From contig JBHGNT010000001.1 in assembly GCA_043228905.1 (NCBI GenBank), forward strand, positions 22,320,001 through 22,384,000: a stretch of DNA of 64,000 bases, given 5' to 3'. Below, one piece after another: positions 62,520-64,000 of the stretch. This DNA comes from Azolla caroliniana. Taxonomy: Eukaryota > Plantae > Polypodiophyta. Made by a program: the position numbers and the translations under genes. A model generated the notes under the pieces. The model was not told the DNA's origin. It saw nothing but the letters and a program-made list of their open reading frames with translations, and did not search any database. Numbering within the stretch: position 1 is the first letter of the stretch; the number at the start of each line of letters is the position of its first letter.

Positions 62520-64000
62520 CCGCGTACTCTCTCTCTCTCTCTGTGTATTGTTCTTTCTAACGCTTCCGCAAGCAATCTTTCACATGGTATCAGAGCACGT
62601 GGGTTGAGAACCTCTGCTGCAAACATCTACGCTTATGAAGGAAACCCTAACAGATCGGAAAACAGACACAAAAGGAGAAATGGACAGAGGTATGGCTACG
62701 TCACTCCCGGTGGAGAAGCTCGACAGAACAAACTACGCATCTTGGTCATACAAGATGCACCAGTACATGCTTGGGCATGGCTACTGGAGTTATGTCGACG
62801 GTGTCGTAGTGTAATTCGTACACTACGTGAGAAATTACATTTTTGGTCTCTCTGGATAGGACATGGAGTACCCGGTGAGAACCGGAAGAAGGAACCGGTA
62901 AGGACCGAAACCGGCAAGGAGACTCGACAAGAGCTGGATGAAGAAGGTGGGTGAGAGTTGGTGAGAAACGGACGAAGAGATCGGTAAGGAGGTCCCTGTA
63001 AGAACCGGACAAAGAAAACTATCAAGCACCGGATGAAGCAGAACCAGAAAGAGCCGGATGAAGAAGGTTGGTGAGAGTCTCACCGGATGAAGAGACGTAT
63101 TTGTAAATAGAAGAAAGTATAAAAATATATATATTACATGTATAGGGCAAGATTCGAACCTTGCACCTCCATGTTAATAATGTTAAGCCTTATCATTATA
63201 GTAGGGTATTATGAATTTTAAAGTTATACTAAACTTTATTCCATGTAAAATTTCTAGACATGCATGGTACAAAAGTTATTCATGCATAGACACTCGAGTT
63301 AAAAAGAAAAGATGAGATAGAAAGCTAATCATGCACATGCAGTTTGCATGAAAACTAAAGATAGAAAAAGCATAATGCTTGCATGTGATAAACTTAGACT
63401 CTTCCAACACTATATAAGGAAGAGAGAAAGATCTATAGAGGTTGTTGATTATTTTACAAGGGTTGATTAATATAATATAATCGTGGGATTCACGAATTTG
63501 CTAACTATTTTTCTCTCTTAATTTGATTACTCACTAATAAACTATACTCGTGGGATTCACGAGTTTTTCATATCTTTCTTTCTTACAATATATTTCATAT
63601 TCTTAATTGCCTTAGAATTTTCTTTCCTCCTAGTCCAAAACCCCAGCGGTTCCCACCCGGCTCACGCAACGATCCGAAGCCGTAAGGCACGACAACGGAG
63701 TGAACGACTCAGCACCGGAGACGACACACAAGGACTTCCCAGTGTGGGAATAGGTGGCAAGCAGGTTGATGTGCTACTTTGCGTCCAGTGTCGGTGACCA
63801 GCTGCTCAGCCATTTCCGTCATGCCAAGACACCGAAGGATGCTTGGGGAAACCTGAAAAAAGTCTTCGCCGCAAGCACCACTGCCCGGAAGCTGCAACTC
63901 AAACAAGAGTTGAGCAATGTTCGACAGAAGAACATGTTGGTGGTAGATTACACAGACCGGATCAAAGGGATCTGTGACTCGCTTGCCTCTATTAACGTCA
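62189..64000 (+). mobile_element. Ty1/copia B3 (Bryco-like), runs off the window
   Basis: LTR 62189-62584, PBS TGGTATCAGAGC 62585-62596, gag ATG at 62692 (MATSLPVEKLDRTNYASW). Confidence 0.92.
62802..63694 (+). mobile_element. Solo-LTR-like insertion TGTCGT...CACGACA with a 4-bp TSD, carrying a type A U3 fragment (about 62855-63113)
   Basis: ACGG at 62798-62801 and 63695-63698; excision restores gag YVDGVND; TATA near 63411. Confidence 0.82.

Overview
Eukaryotic, plant-like (most likely moss/bryophyte; this is inference) heterochromatic DNA made almost entirely of nested, mostly decayed transposable elements. No intact host gene, RNA gene or CRISPR array is visible. The window contains a broken chromovirus-type Ty3/gypsy and three copies or fragments of a non-chromoviral Ty3/gypsy (tRNA-Arg PBS, extra 3' coiled-coil ORF). 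It also contains two Tork/Tnt1-like copia hosts, six insertions of a Bryco-like copia group, a LecRK kinase pseudogene behind an LTR+PBS, a Sola-like transposase relic with minisatellite arrays, and a MULE-like end. Two things stand out. (1) The tRNA-Arg gypsy family has no polypurine tract abutting its 3' LTR; a palindrome and a sense copy of the tRNA 3' end (an inverted second PBS) sit there instead, seen at three loci. (2) A young, GC-rich 5.4-kb LTR element (28507-33878) has a perfect tRNA-Trp PBS, 4-bp TSDs and one fully open 1320-aa ORF (Gag-like head, repetitive acidic tail, no Pol motifs). A second TGTCGT...ACGACA solo-LTR-like insertion independently shows a 4-bp TSD. All boundaries were read by eye. 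Lineage names are motif-based inferences and were not checked against databases.
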